In this document: piece after piece, positions 1-6,636 of the stretch | How the letters are laid out: each line of letters begins with the position of its first letter | Numbering within the stretch: the stretch's first letter is position 1 | Source of the DNA: a virus | Taxonomy: Duplodnaviria > Caudoviricetes | DNA: 49,560 bases | Virus record (IMG/VR): IMGVR_UViG_3300011338_000327 | Coordinates: 1-49,560 of that record | Reading direction: 5' to 3' (one strand) | Made by a program: the position numbers and the translations under genes | Notes under the pieces: generated by a model | Told to the model about the DNA's origin: nothing | Databases searched by the model: none | The model's input: the letters and a program-made list of their open reading frames with translations, nothing else

Positions 1-80
1 GAACATTTCATTTCTTTGTAAATTGGATTACTATCATCTCCTTTTTCTGGATAAATTCCAATTAATGCGTTTCTTTTCAT
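1..80 (-). CDS. 5' fragment of a gene running off the window edge (MKRNALIGIYPEKGDDSNPIYKEMKC...), product unknown
   Basis: ATG at 80 after an AT-rich leader, frame open to the window edge, directly downstream of the replication initiator. Confidence 0.35.
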   Translation of the reverse strand, partial: MKRNALIGIYPEKGDDSNPIYKEMKC

Positions 81-109
81 TTTTTTCATATTTATTTTTT
101 TCATATTTA

Positions 110-841
110 TTAACAAGCCCGTTGCGGATACTCATCCTGTTGGTTTGATTGATTAGCAACCCAACTAGCCTTGAAGCCTTGCCATCCACGGGAGACGCAT
201 TCTGTCAGAGCATCCTCCAATGTCCAGCCTGAAATTTTAACTTCTCTCTCAATGGCATCTAATGCTGTTTGGGTCAATGGTGCTTTCTTTGCTTTTCTTA
301 GTTTTAGAAAATCATTCCAGACTTGATCTGTAACCTCGAAAGGCTGGATTACGCTTTCAGTTTTCTTTTCTGTATTTGTAATAGAAGTAGAAGAAGAAGA
401 TGAAGAAGAAGACTGAAGAAGAAGTGTTGCGTTTTGGTTAATACCATTTGGCAAGCAATCCTCAACCACACTTGTAACGGTGGTTGAACCACCCTTAAGT
501 GCTTTACGCATTTCGGCAGACTTCTTACCACCTTCAGCACTTTTCCTAGCCCATTCGTTTTGTTTCAATATTTCTTGTTCAAGTCTTTCGTGAACCAACA
601 ATGAAGCATTTTCTGTGTGTGGTTGAAACATGGTTGCAACGGTGGTTGCAAGGGTGGTTGAAGCACCCTTACCAATCAATCGAGCAATTTGATCTGGATT
701 TGATGGAATACTTCCGTGCTGCCAACAATAGCAAAGCAACCTAATATATGCGCCTTCTTCTTCAAGTGTCATCAATGCGACTCTTTGAGATCCTAAATAA
801 TCTCCGGGGTAGAACTGAAATGCTGGACGTTTAATTTTCAT
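110..841 (-). CDS. Phage replication initiator, N-terminal DUF1376/YdaU-like wHTH domain
   Basis: Likely start MKIKRPAFQFYPGDYL...MTLEEEGAYIRLLCYCW (DUF1376-like); Ser-rich linker; C-terminal WNDFLKLRKAKKAPLT...RGWQGFK typical of phage replisome organisers. Confidence 0.8.
   Translation of the reverse strand: MKIKRPAFQFYPGDYLGSQRVALMTLEEEGAYIRLLCYCWQHGSIPSNPDQIARLIGKGASTTLATTVATMFQPHTENASLLVHERLEQEILKQNEWARKSAEGGKKSAEMRKALKGGSTTVTSVVEDCLPNGINQNATLLLQSSSSSSSSTSITNTEKKTESVIQPFEVTDQVWNDFLKLRKAKKAPLTQTALDAIEREVKISGWTLEDALTECVSRGWQGFKASWVANQSNQQDEYPQRAC
476..670. repeat. Iteron-like TGGTTG(C/A)A repeats inside the initiator gene (candidate origin)
   Basis: TGGTTG at 481, 620, 631, 643, 655 (last four spaced 11/12/12 bp); GGTGGTTGAA(C/G)CACCCTTA occurs twice. 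Confidence 0.5.
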
Positions 842-851
842 AGTTTGATAT

Positions 852-949
852 AGAAAAGCCTCGGCGGAAGTCAAACTCCTATACCGAAAGGCACAGGCAT
901 CCGCCAAGGCAAATTGTTTTTTGTGTTTTACATCGGTTTGAAACGATGC
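852..949 (-). promoter_or_regulatory. Structured 5' leader/attenuator of the replication initiator
   Basis: Hairpin GCAUCG-UUUCAAAC-CGAUGU, then long hairpin GCCUUGGCGGA...UCCGCCGAGGC followed by UUUUCU; loop UCAAAC is complementary to GUUUGA in the second hairpin. Confidence 0.6.
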
Positions 950-969
950 GCTTCAAATGAAGCTACACT

Positions 970-998
970 AATCTAAGCGAATCTTGCTCCTTTGTAAA
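970..998 (-). promoter_or_regulatory. Sigma70-like promoter TTTACA-17-TAGATT
   Basis: Canonical spacing, immediately upstream of the structured leader. Confidence 0.45.
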
Positions 999-1272
999 GC
1001 GAAATCCTCCTTGCGTGAGCGTTGTTACGCTTGGCTAATACGTCTCCAATACGAACGATTACCTTTGCCTTGGATGCAGTATTGAATATAGCTCCGAATG
1101 CGTTAGGATGGTTAGGTGGGTCACCAACTAGGCTCCTCACGTCTTCAGCATGGAATGATAGTCCAGAAGATGCCATTGCTGTAATTATATTAAGAGCCTC
1201 ATTACGCCACTTGTCTGGAGTATTTTCACTCACCTTGGCGCATCCACGTTCCTTGAGTTGTATGCCGTTCAT
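973..1272 (-). CDS. Hypothetical protein
   Basis: 99-aa ORF, ATGA-coupled to the upstream gene. Confidence 0.7.
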   Translation of the reverse strand: MNGIQLKERGCAKVSENTPDKWRNEALNIITAMASSGLSFHAEDVRSLVGDPPNHPNAFGAIFNTASKAKVIVRIGDVLAKRNNAHARRISLYKGARFA

Positions 1273-1607
1273 TCTACTCCTTTCAAGCGATATTTAATAC
1301 GTTCCATCGAATATCCGAATGACAGCAACTCGCCAACAACGTCATCCATGCTAACGTCTGGAAACTCTGGAGCTTGGACGTATTTATCCAACTGATCCCA
1401 TCCAGTGTTGCACGTTTTAATTGAGAAGAAATCCCACCAGACAATCCTTGCCGCAACGCAACGGACTTTGTAGTCTGGAACTAATTCAATCTCTTCAATC
1501 CAAGTCTTTTGTTTTTTTGATTTTAGGTACTCAGTATCAATAAATTTGTGCCTGTAGCGTTTCTCTTCAACTTCTTCAGCGTCTTCAATTTCAATTATAG
1601 CTTCCAT
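1269..1607 (-). CDS. Hypothetical protein
   Basis: 112-aa ORF tightly packed in the operon. Confidence 0.7.
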   Translation of the reverse strand: MEAIIEIEDAEEVEEKRYRHKFIDTEYLKSKKQKTWIEEIELVPDYKVRCVAARIVWWDFFSIKTCNTGWDQLDKYVQAPEFPDVSMDDVVGELLSFGYSMERIKYRLKGVE

Positions 1608-1612
1608 ATTAT

Positions 1613-2632
1613 TTATTTAGTTTTCTTTTCTTTTTTAGGCTTATCTTCTACCAAGCTAACCCTGTCCTTGGTTCGATATGTCTCAAAGTCAAACGGAATG
1701 CCTTTCTTTTCCGTAAACTCGCGCAGATCATTTGCTTTGATCTTACCGCCGAATAAGTCGATTATCTCAAACTTGCTCAATGTTTCGGTTGCTGAATAAA
1801 GAGCTTCCGCTCCGCAATACTCAATTCCCTTGGAGTTTTGCAGCTTGTAACCAACAACTGGCTCATTGTTAGTCAGGCGTTCACGGATCAAATCCTTTGC
1901 CCAGTCCACTAACTCATTGAAGATATTTGCTTTCTTTACAAATACGCTTATGCGCTCTGGGTCTGATGCCAAATACTCCTTTAATTGCGATACGTTGGCC
2001 TGTAGGTCGCTGTCCACTACAACCAAGGTATCGTTAACCGCTGTTGAAATGGCACTGCACGTTGAATAATTTGAACACCACTTGCAATACTCGCATGGAG
2101 TTGGTTTTTTGTTTGGATCATTTGCCTTTTCAAGCAATTCTTCAACCCTTGCTTTTGCTTCTTCGTAGTTGAATGAATGTTTTACGATCCGTTGCTGATC
2201 GCAGAATATCAAATAGCACGTCCACTCGTTACAGAACTCCTTAGCCATGTTTCCATAGGCGTATGCAACCATTTGATCTTCATAATCCCTAACTTGGCCT
2301 GACTTTAGGTCGCAGGAAACACACAATGATGTAATCCTGCAATCTTCTGTTCCTACATGGTCAATGCCGGGCGTAGCCACCTTGAGCTTGGACTCATCGG
2401 ATAGGATACCCTTGCCTTCAGATATTTCTATCACTTTATCAACTGCCCAGATGACAGCTTTCTTGTCCTCACTTGTATCCAGCAATTCAATCTTGCTTCT
2501 ATCTCCTGCAAGTGCGAAACGGAATGCCTCATCCATCTTTGTTCCACGGGCTGCCGCTGGGGAACTCTCCCCAGAAGCAGATTCGTAGCAGGCACATTGT
2601 GCTAACTTAGGTAGTGATGAGTGGCGGATCAT
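1613..2632 (-). CDS. PD-(D/E)XK (Cas4/DUF2800-like) exonuclease, partner of ERF
   Basis: N-terminal HSSLPKLAQC, ARGT, D...DLKSG, QxxxY and PCEYCKWC motifs; adjacent to ERF. Confidence 0.75.
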   Translation of the reverse strand: MIRHSSLPKLAQCACYESASGESSPAAARGTKMDEAFRFALAGDRSKIELLDTSEDKKAVIWAVDKVIEISEGKGILSDESKLKVATPGIDHVGTEDCRITSLCVSCDLKSGQVRDYEDQMVAYAYGNMAKEFCNEWTCYLIFCDQQRIVKHSFNYEEAKARVEELLEKANDPNKKPTPCEYCKWCSNYSTCSAISTAVNDTLVVVDSDLQANVSQLKEYLASDPERISVFVKKANIFNELVDWAKDLIRERLTNNEPVVGYKLQNSKGIEYCGAEALYSATETLSKFEIIDLFGGKIKANDLREFTEKKGIPFDFETYRTKDRVSLVEDKPKKEKKTK

Positions 2633-3288
2633 AGTGTTGTCAATACTGCTTGAACGAATGCTGATGCGCCGCCTTTGGAAAGAATCCTTGAGCGATATGG
2701 GCCTTCTTTTAACTCACGCCATGTTTGGCCTTCTTCTAGTGCACCCTTCTTGATGAGCCATAACGTAGCTTCCTTGTCGATCTCCTTGATGGTTGCCTCG
2801 ACTTCAGAATACCAGTTATCTCCCCAAGGCGCATCTGGCATATCATCCATGTTTACTGGAACGACTGGCTCCTTCTTTATGACTTTTGCTACAGGTTTAC
2901 TAACTGTCGCAACAACACGAGAAGCGGCTTGTCCATCGTCATCTTCAGGCGCAATCCCACACGCTGCCATAAGTGAGTACCTGCGGGCATAGGTCAATGC
3001 AGACCCGTATCCCATTGCGTCATTCTTGCTGGCTGGAACGTGCAGTTTCCCTGCTGAAAATGTCTCGCCAGATTCGTGAATGAAAAGAGTCTCTACTAAT
3101 ACTCCAGATTCACACTCGTGAGTCTGTTGAACTAGAGCGATTCCATTGTCATTTAATCCACCCATTACCGCTTCGACGCAAGCAGACAAGTCTGCATACC
3201 TTGAGCGGAAATGAGGGTTGGTTGATGTTTTAAGAGCAGGCCCGAAAGCCTTCTGTGCCTTGACTAATGCGGATGCGATGTTTTTCAT
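2629..3288 (-). CDS. erf: ERF-family single-strand annealing recombinase
   Basis: NPHFRSRYADL and GSALTYARRYSLMAACGIAPEDDDG signature motifs. Confidence 0.9.
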   Translation of the reverse strand: MKNIASALVKAQKAFGPALKTSTNPHFRSRYADLSACVEAVMGGLNDNGIALVQQTHECESGVLVETLFIHESGETFSAGKLHVPASKNDAMGYGSALTYARRYSLMAACGIAPEDDDGQAASRVVATVSKPVAKVIKKEPVVPVNMDDMPDAPWGDNWYSEVEATIKEIDKEATLWLIKKGALEEGQTWRELKEGPYRSRILSKGGASAFVQAVLTTL

Positions 3289-3298
3289 ATGTATTTAT

Positions 3299-3499
3299 TT
3301 ATTGGTTTTCGTTGTCGTCTCCCAAGAATGTATACTTGGGAAGGTTGTTGAGGTTAGTTTGTAGCTTTTCTGACTCAAGCTTTTTTTTCCTAGCATAGTA
3401 CTCGAACTGATCCAGCATATTTTGCTGGCCTAGCTTGTAGCTGGCAAACATGGATGCTATTGTGAGTGCGGTAAGTGCTATTGCGAATGTTGTTGTCAT
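3299..3499 (-). CDS. Small protein with N-terminal hydrophobic helix
   Basis: 66-aa ORF, FAIALTALTIASMFASY. Confidence 0.6.
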   Translation of the reverse strand: MTTTFAIALTALTIASMFASYKLGQQNMLDQFEYYARKKKLESEKLQTNLNNLPKYTFLGDDNENQ

Positions 3500-3521
3500 T
3501 GGTTTTTTGTAAATAGGAATG

Positions 3522-3593
3522 TTACTCCAAGGATTGCGATTGCTGGAGCGTCACTATGACTGGAACTTGGGTGAATGTTTCGATGATGCTCAT
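3522..3593 (-). pseudogene. Truncated paralog of the small gene at 5596-5724
   Basis: MSIIETFTQVPVIVTLQQ aligns with MNIINTFTQIPIITTLQH, then stops early. Confidence 0.45.
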
Positions 3594-3594
3594 G

Positions 3595-3846
3595 TTAGGA
3601 AATAGCAAGTTCGTTCCGTGCTTCTTGGGTTTGTTGATCTTGGGCGATAGCGTAACGAGCATCCTCTACCCATTGATCAATCGATTGCTGGTTGAGGTAG
3701 CACAGGCAAACGGATTCCCCCACTTGGTTGCCTGTTTCGGTGCTTGTGAAATACGAATACCCGCCTCGGTTATTTTGAATGATCACAGGCAATCCTGCGC
3801 GTTTGATTGCGGAATTGATTGCGCGTTTTGTGATTTGTGCAGTCAT
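3595..3846 (-). CDS. Hypothetical protein (MTAQITKRAINSAIKRAG...)
   Basis: Start reassigned to the ATG at 3846, just after the stop of the upstream small ORF. Confidence 0.65.
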   Translation of the reverse strand: MTAQITKRAINSAIKRAGLPVIIQNNRGGYSYFTSTETGNQVGESVCLCYLNQQSIDQWVEDARYAIAQDQQTQEARNELAIS

Positions 3847-3850
3847 GGTA

Positions 3851-4030
3851 TTATTTTTTAAGTGATGCGAGGTGAGCGTTGATGCGAGCGCACAGGTTAA
3901 TCGTGTCGAAGTACTGGGCCTCAGAATATGACGTTGTGTTGTGCTTGGAGCAAAGTTCACGAACCCGTGTTTTGCGAGTGCGCTTGAGGTGTTGTTTGAT
4001 TTCGGACTGCGTTTTATTTATAAGGTTCAT
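3851..4030 (-). CDS. Small hypothetical protein (MNLINKTQSEIKQHLKRTRK..., 59 aa)
   Basis: Hand translation; first ORF after the promoter at 4080-4107. Confidence 0.55.
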   Translation of the reverse strand: MNLINKTQSEIKQHLKRTRKTRVRELCSKHNTTSYSEAQYFDTINLCARINAHLASLKK

Positions 4031-4079
4031 TAGGTATGTATTTGGTTTTTGCTAGGCGGTGATCGCCTTGCTGAAAACC

Positions 4080-4107
4080 AATCTAGTATCTCGAATTCGC
4101 AACTCAA
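4080..4107 (-). promoter_or_regulatory. Putative promoter TTGAGT-16-TAGATT with A-tract UP element
   Basis: Same TAGATT -10 hexamer as at 970 and 5755; intergenic. Confidence 0.4.
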
Positions 4108-4190
4108 GATTTTTTTTCAATTATTTTTTCAGCTAGAAAAATAAAAGATTGACATCCGCAGATGCCGTTAGAATGGGCTTCTACGAGCCT

Positions 4191-4232
4191 TTAAAAAAAA
4201 GAGACACCCTTCTCTTGCGCGTCCACAAGAGT
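4191..4232 (-). terminator. Possible intrinsic terminator
   Basis: CUCUUG/CAAGAG stem followed, after a short spacer, by an 8-U tract downstream of the small-gene operon. Confidence 0.35.
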
Positions 4233-4243
4233 CACCTGTCCAT

Positions 4244-4402
4244 TCAGGTTCGCTTATCGGGGTGAGTTTGTGAAGACGCTTTCTTATGCGCTGACCAGTC
4301 GATCTCATCAAAGTTTGCGCGATACTTCTTTCTGTCAACTGGACGTTCTTCGTCGCCCTTACCAGCCTGTCCAGACCATTCGGATTTCTTAATGTTTTCC
4401 AT
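4244..4402 (-). CDS. Small phage protein (GKGDEERPVDRKKYRANFDEID, 52 aa)
   Basis: Hand translation; GKGxxxRPxxxxxYxxNFDxI pattern recurrent in small phage proteins. Confidence 0.6.
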   Translation of the reverse strand: MENIKKSEWSGQAGKGDEERPVDRKKYRANFDEIDWSAHKKASSQTHPDKRT

Positions 4403-4625
4403 AAAACTTTTCTACTGCTTTTCGAAAGTCGAAATACATTTCTTGCTCACCAATGTCTCTTGAATACTCTGGTTGCTTAACGTAGCTCAGTGCCATTAGA
4501 AGAAGTTCATTCGCCTGTTGCAGCCTTGAACAAGTTGCTTGAACGCCCATGTGGTCGAGCCACTCAGTGCCACAAGCCTTGCAGCAACCTTCCATGTCTC
4601 CGTTATGGTCACTAATAATGCTCAT
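4389..4625 (-). CDS. Hypothetical protein with CxxC/H/C possible Zn site
   Basis: CCKACG...DHMG...TC; ATGA-coupled. Confidence 0.65.
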   Translation of the reverse strand: MSIISDHNGDMEGCCKACGTEWLDHMGVQATCSRLQQANELLLMALSYVKQPEYSRDIGEQEMYFDFRKAVEKFYGKH

Positions 4626-4801
4626 TGTTCTCCACGGGTTGACAGCATATGCCGTCTAACAATGAAAGACTTTGCACGTCCAGCTTCACCAGTCTCGCCA
4701 CTTGTGCCTTTAGGAGCTTTCTTTGCGGCATGGGAGCGAGGAGCGATTGCTTCCTTACTCCCTTTGCCAGCAACGCGAGTATAGCTACTCTTTGCTTTCA
4801 T
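4622..4801 (-). CDS. Small basic hypothetical protein (MKAKSSYTRVAGKG...)
   Basis: Start reassigned to 4801; Lys/Arg-rich. Confidence 0.55.
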   Translation of the reverse strand: MKAKSSYTRVAGKGSKEAIAPRSHAAKKAPKGTSGETGEAGRAKSFIVRRHMLSTRGEQ

Positions 4802-5021
4802 CTGTGGATTCAGCGGCTTTTTCAGCCATGTCGGCAAGAGTCTTCTTTTCGAGAAGATGCAATGCGACTGAACATTCAAAGTTGAATCGTTTCAATCGAC
4901 CAATGAAGTCAAGGAACACTTCATCTTTGCTGATTGCGTCAATGTCAATGCCTTTGATTGCGTGTTCAATGGCTTTTTGCTGGTCTTCACCGAATCCTAC
5001 AAGTTCGTTTTCTTCGCTCAT
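4785..5021 (-). CDS. Hypothetical protein
   Basis: 78-aa ORF in a tightly packed operon. Confidence 0.65.
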   Translation of the reverse strand: MSEENELVGFGEDQQKAIEHAIKGIDIDAISKDEVFLDFIGRLKRFNFECSVALHLLEKKTLADMAEKAAESTDESKE

Positions 5022-5023
5022 AT

Positions 5024-5170
5024 TTATTTCTTTGCTTTTGGTAGTTTGGGCATCTTTGCTTTTAATTTAGGCATAGACACACGGATGTTTGTTTTTTGTG
5101 GTTTTGTTACTGCACTTGAAACGATCATTGGAGATCCAAATTTCAAGCTGGATGATGTTTGGCTTTTCAT
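5024..5170 (-). CDS. Small Lys/Pro-rich basic protein (48 aa)
   Basis: Hand translation MKSQTSSSLKFGSP...MPKLKAKMPKLPKAKK; fills the gap between neighbours exactly. Confidence 0.55.
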   Translation of the reverse strand: MKSQTSSSLKFGSPMIVSSAVTKPQKTNIRVSMPKLKAKMPKLPKAKK

Positions 5171-5403
5171 GGGTGATGTTCTCTTTCTTCTAACATTGCA
5201 TCTGCAAACTTGTATGCAATACGAGCAATCTGTTCAGGTGGTGCTTCCATTGCCAGTTCCTCTGGATTTGATAGAATTCCTTCCAATGCACGTCCTGCAA
5301 ACCAATCACGCATTCCCATTCCAGAATTAGGACGCACCTTTGGGCTATGCTGATCGCCGGGGTATGCCGCGACAGGAAAGGCTGGATGGTTATTTACTCG
5401 CAT
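5167..5403 (-). CDS. Conserved small phage protein (PAFP...GMGMRDWFAGRAL...AYKFADAML)
   Basis: AFP/GMxxRDxFA/AYxxADAML pattern common in phage early regions; start reassigned to 5403. Confidence 0.75.
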   Translation of the reverse strand: MRVNNHPAFPVAAYPGDQHSPKVRPNSGMGMRDWFAGRALEGILSNPEELAMEAPPEQIARIAYKFADAMLEEREHHP

Positions 5404-5599
5404 ATTTATTATTCGTATAGCTGCAATTTTTATTAAATTCAGCTTGCACTTTTCTGCGTTCTTCTGTTTTTGTCCAGAAGTAATTGCAGGCTCGATCAAA
5501 TTGAGCTGCTAGGTTAATAAGCCACACGTCTCTTTCATCTACCATTCCAGATGTAGTAAGAGATGCTGCTGAATACAGGCTTTTCTTAGAACGCTTCAT
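5390..5599 (-). CDS. Hypothetical protein (MKRSKKSLYSAAS...)
   Basis: Start reassigned to the ATG overlapping the stop of the upstream ORF. Confidence 0.55.
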   Translation of the reverse strand: MKRSKKSLYSAASLTTSGMVDERDVWLINLAAQFDRACNYFWTKTEERRKVQAEFNKNCSYTNNKYASK

Positions 5600-5724
5600 T
5601 TGGCGCGAATGCTCATGGTTGCGAATGCTACTACGGCAACTGGCATCAACACCATGAATGCGTCTAAACAATGCTGGAGAGTTGTGATGATTGGAATCTG
5701 TGTGAATGTATTTATAATGTTCAT
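5596..5724 (-). CDS. Small membrane protein (MNIINTFTQIPIITTLQHCLDAFMVLMPVAVVAFATMSIRAK)
   Basis: Hand translation; first gene after the promoter at 5755; hydrophobic C-terminal segment. Confidence 0.55.
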   Translation of the reverse strand: MNIINTFTQIPIITTLQHCLDAFMVLMPVAVVAFATMSIRAK

Positions 5725-5754
5725 ATATGTATTATCGTTTGTAACGATGCCGTG

Positions 5755-5782
5755 AATCTATCTGTTCGATTTAAAAAAGCAA
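5755..5782 (-). promoter_or_regulatory. Putative promoter TTGCTT-16-TAGATT
   Basis: Intergenic; third occurrence of the TAGATT -10 hexamer. Confidence 0.4.
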
Positions 5783-5788
5783 TAGTTT

Positions 5789-5824
5789 TTTCACCGAACT
5801 TTACTGCGAACTTTTCACCGAACT
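5789..5824. repeat. Three tandem 12-bp units (TTTCACCGAACT/TTACTGCGAACT/TTTCACCGAACT)
   Basis: Direct reading; lies immediately upstream of the -35 box. Confidence 0.7.
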
Positions 5825-6503
5825 AAAAATGTTTTTGAGTCCACAATAGTCTTGCGTTTTCAATGTCCATCGTTGGCTTACCAATCCGCAAGTTTACTGC
5901 GTTGTGGAGGTCAATACCCCATGTGAAAAACTCTTTCCAATCTGGAGGATTTTCGGAAATCCATTCATCGAGATGTTCTTTGCACGGACATCCATCAAAT
6001 GGCAACGATTCCCTCCACTCATTGAACCACCCCGTGGAATTTTTACCGCGATGGCGAACACCATAAAGATGCAACTCAGCCCAAAATCGAGGGCCATAAA
6101 CTAGGATTGACGGCACTTCATGGAATGACTTTTCCTCTACTTCGTCACCTGCTCGTTGAACCCAGTCGTTGTGTGCCTCCCAATCAATCGACATTGCCTC
6201 ACAAACGATCTTTTCTACTTGGTTGGCTATTTCATGCTGTTTGTGATATGGGGCATCTGGATGATTTCCGGGTTCAAGTATCCCCGGATTTGCAATGTCA
6301 AACGATGACACTTCATCCTATCGGATTCCAGCTTTGCGGCATAACCATGCCTCACCCATTTCGTGTAGGTTTACGAGAAACTCGCCATCTGGATTACCGT
6401 ACTCAGCAACAGAGCATTTCAACTCGCCGTTAGGCAACCATTCCCAGTCGCCAGTAGTCACATATCGCATGGATACTGGATCAACAGACTTTAACGTAAT
6501 CAT
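5823..6503 (-). CDS. HExxE-motif domain fused to an Erv1/Alr-like sulfhydryl oxidase domain; interrupted by one in-frame TAG at 6318-6320
   Basis: ORFs 6318-6503 and 5823-6311 share one frame (...GGA ATC CGA TAG GAT GAA GTG...); C-terminal YGPRFWAELH...GCPCKEHL...LHNAVNLRIGKP matches the Erv/Alr pattern. Confidence 0.65.
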
Positions 6504-6543
6504 TTTTTCAGCGTATTATCTTCAGGCTTCTCGTCAAATGGTT

Positions 6544-6636
6544 TCATTCCCACCAAAGCGCAATCCCAATGCAAAATCCACCTCCGATAAAGGAGATGAT
6601 TGCCATCATTAAAATTGTCCAATCTTCGTGACTCAT
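6544..6636 (-). CDS. 30-aa membrane peptide (MSHEDWTILMMAIISFIGGGFCIGIALWWE)
   Basis: Hand translation; ATG overlaps the stop of the ATP-grasp gene. Confidence 0.45.
   Translation of the reverse strand: MSHEDWTILMMAIISFIGGGFCIGIALWWE

Noticed and set aside
1613-2632. Cas4-like nuclease as evidence of a CRISPR system
   Set aside because: No repeat-spacer array or other cas genes; adjacency to ERF indicates a recombination exonuclease.
4149-4174. Plus-strand promoter TTGACA...TAGAAT
   Set aside because: Spacer is only 14 bp and there is no credible downstream plus-strand gene.
6318-6320. Genome-wide amber recoding (genetic code 15)
   Set aside because: Long genes are intact in the standard code and TAG terminates several genes at sensible boundaries; only one internal TAG was found.
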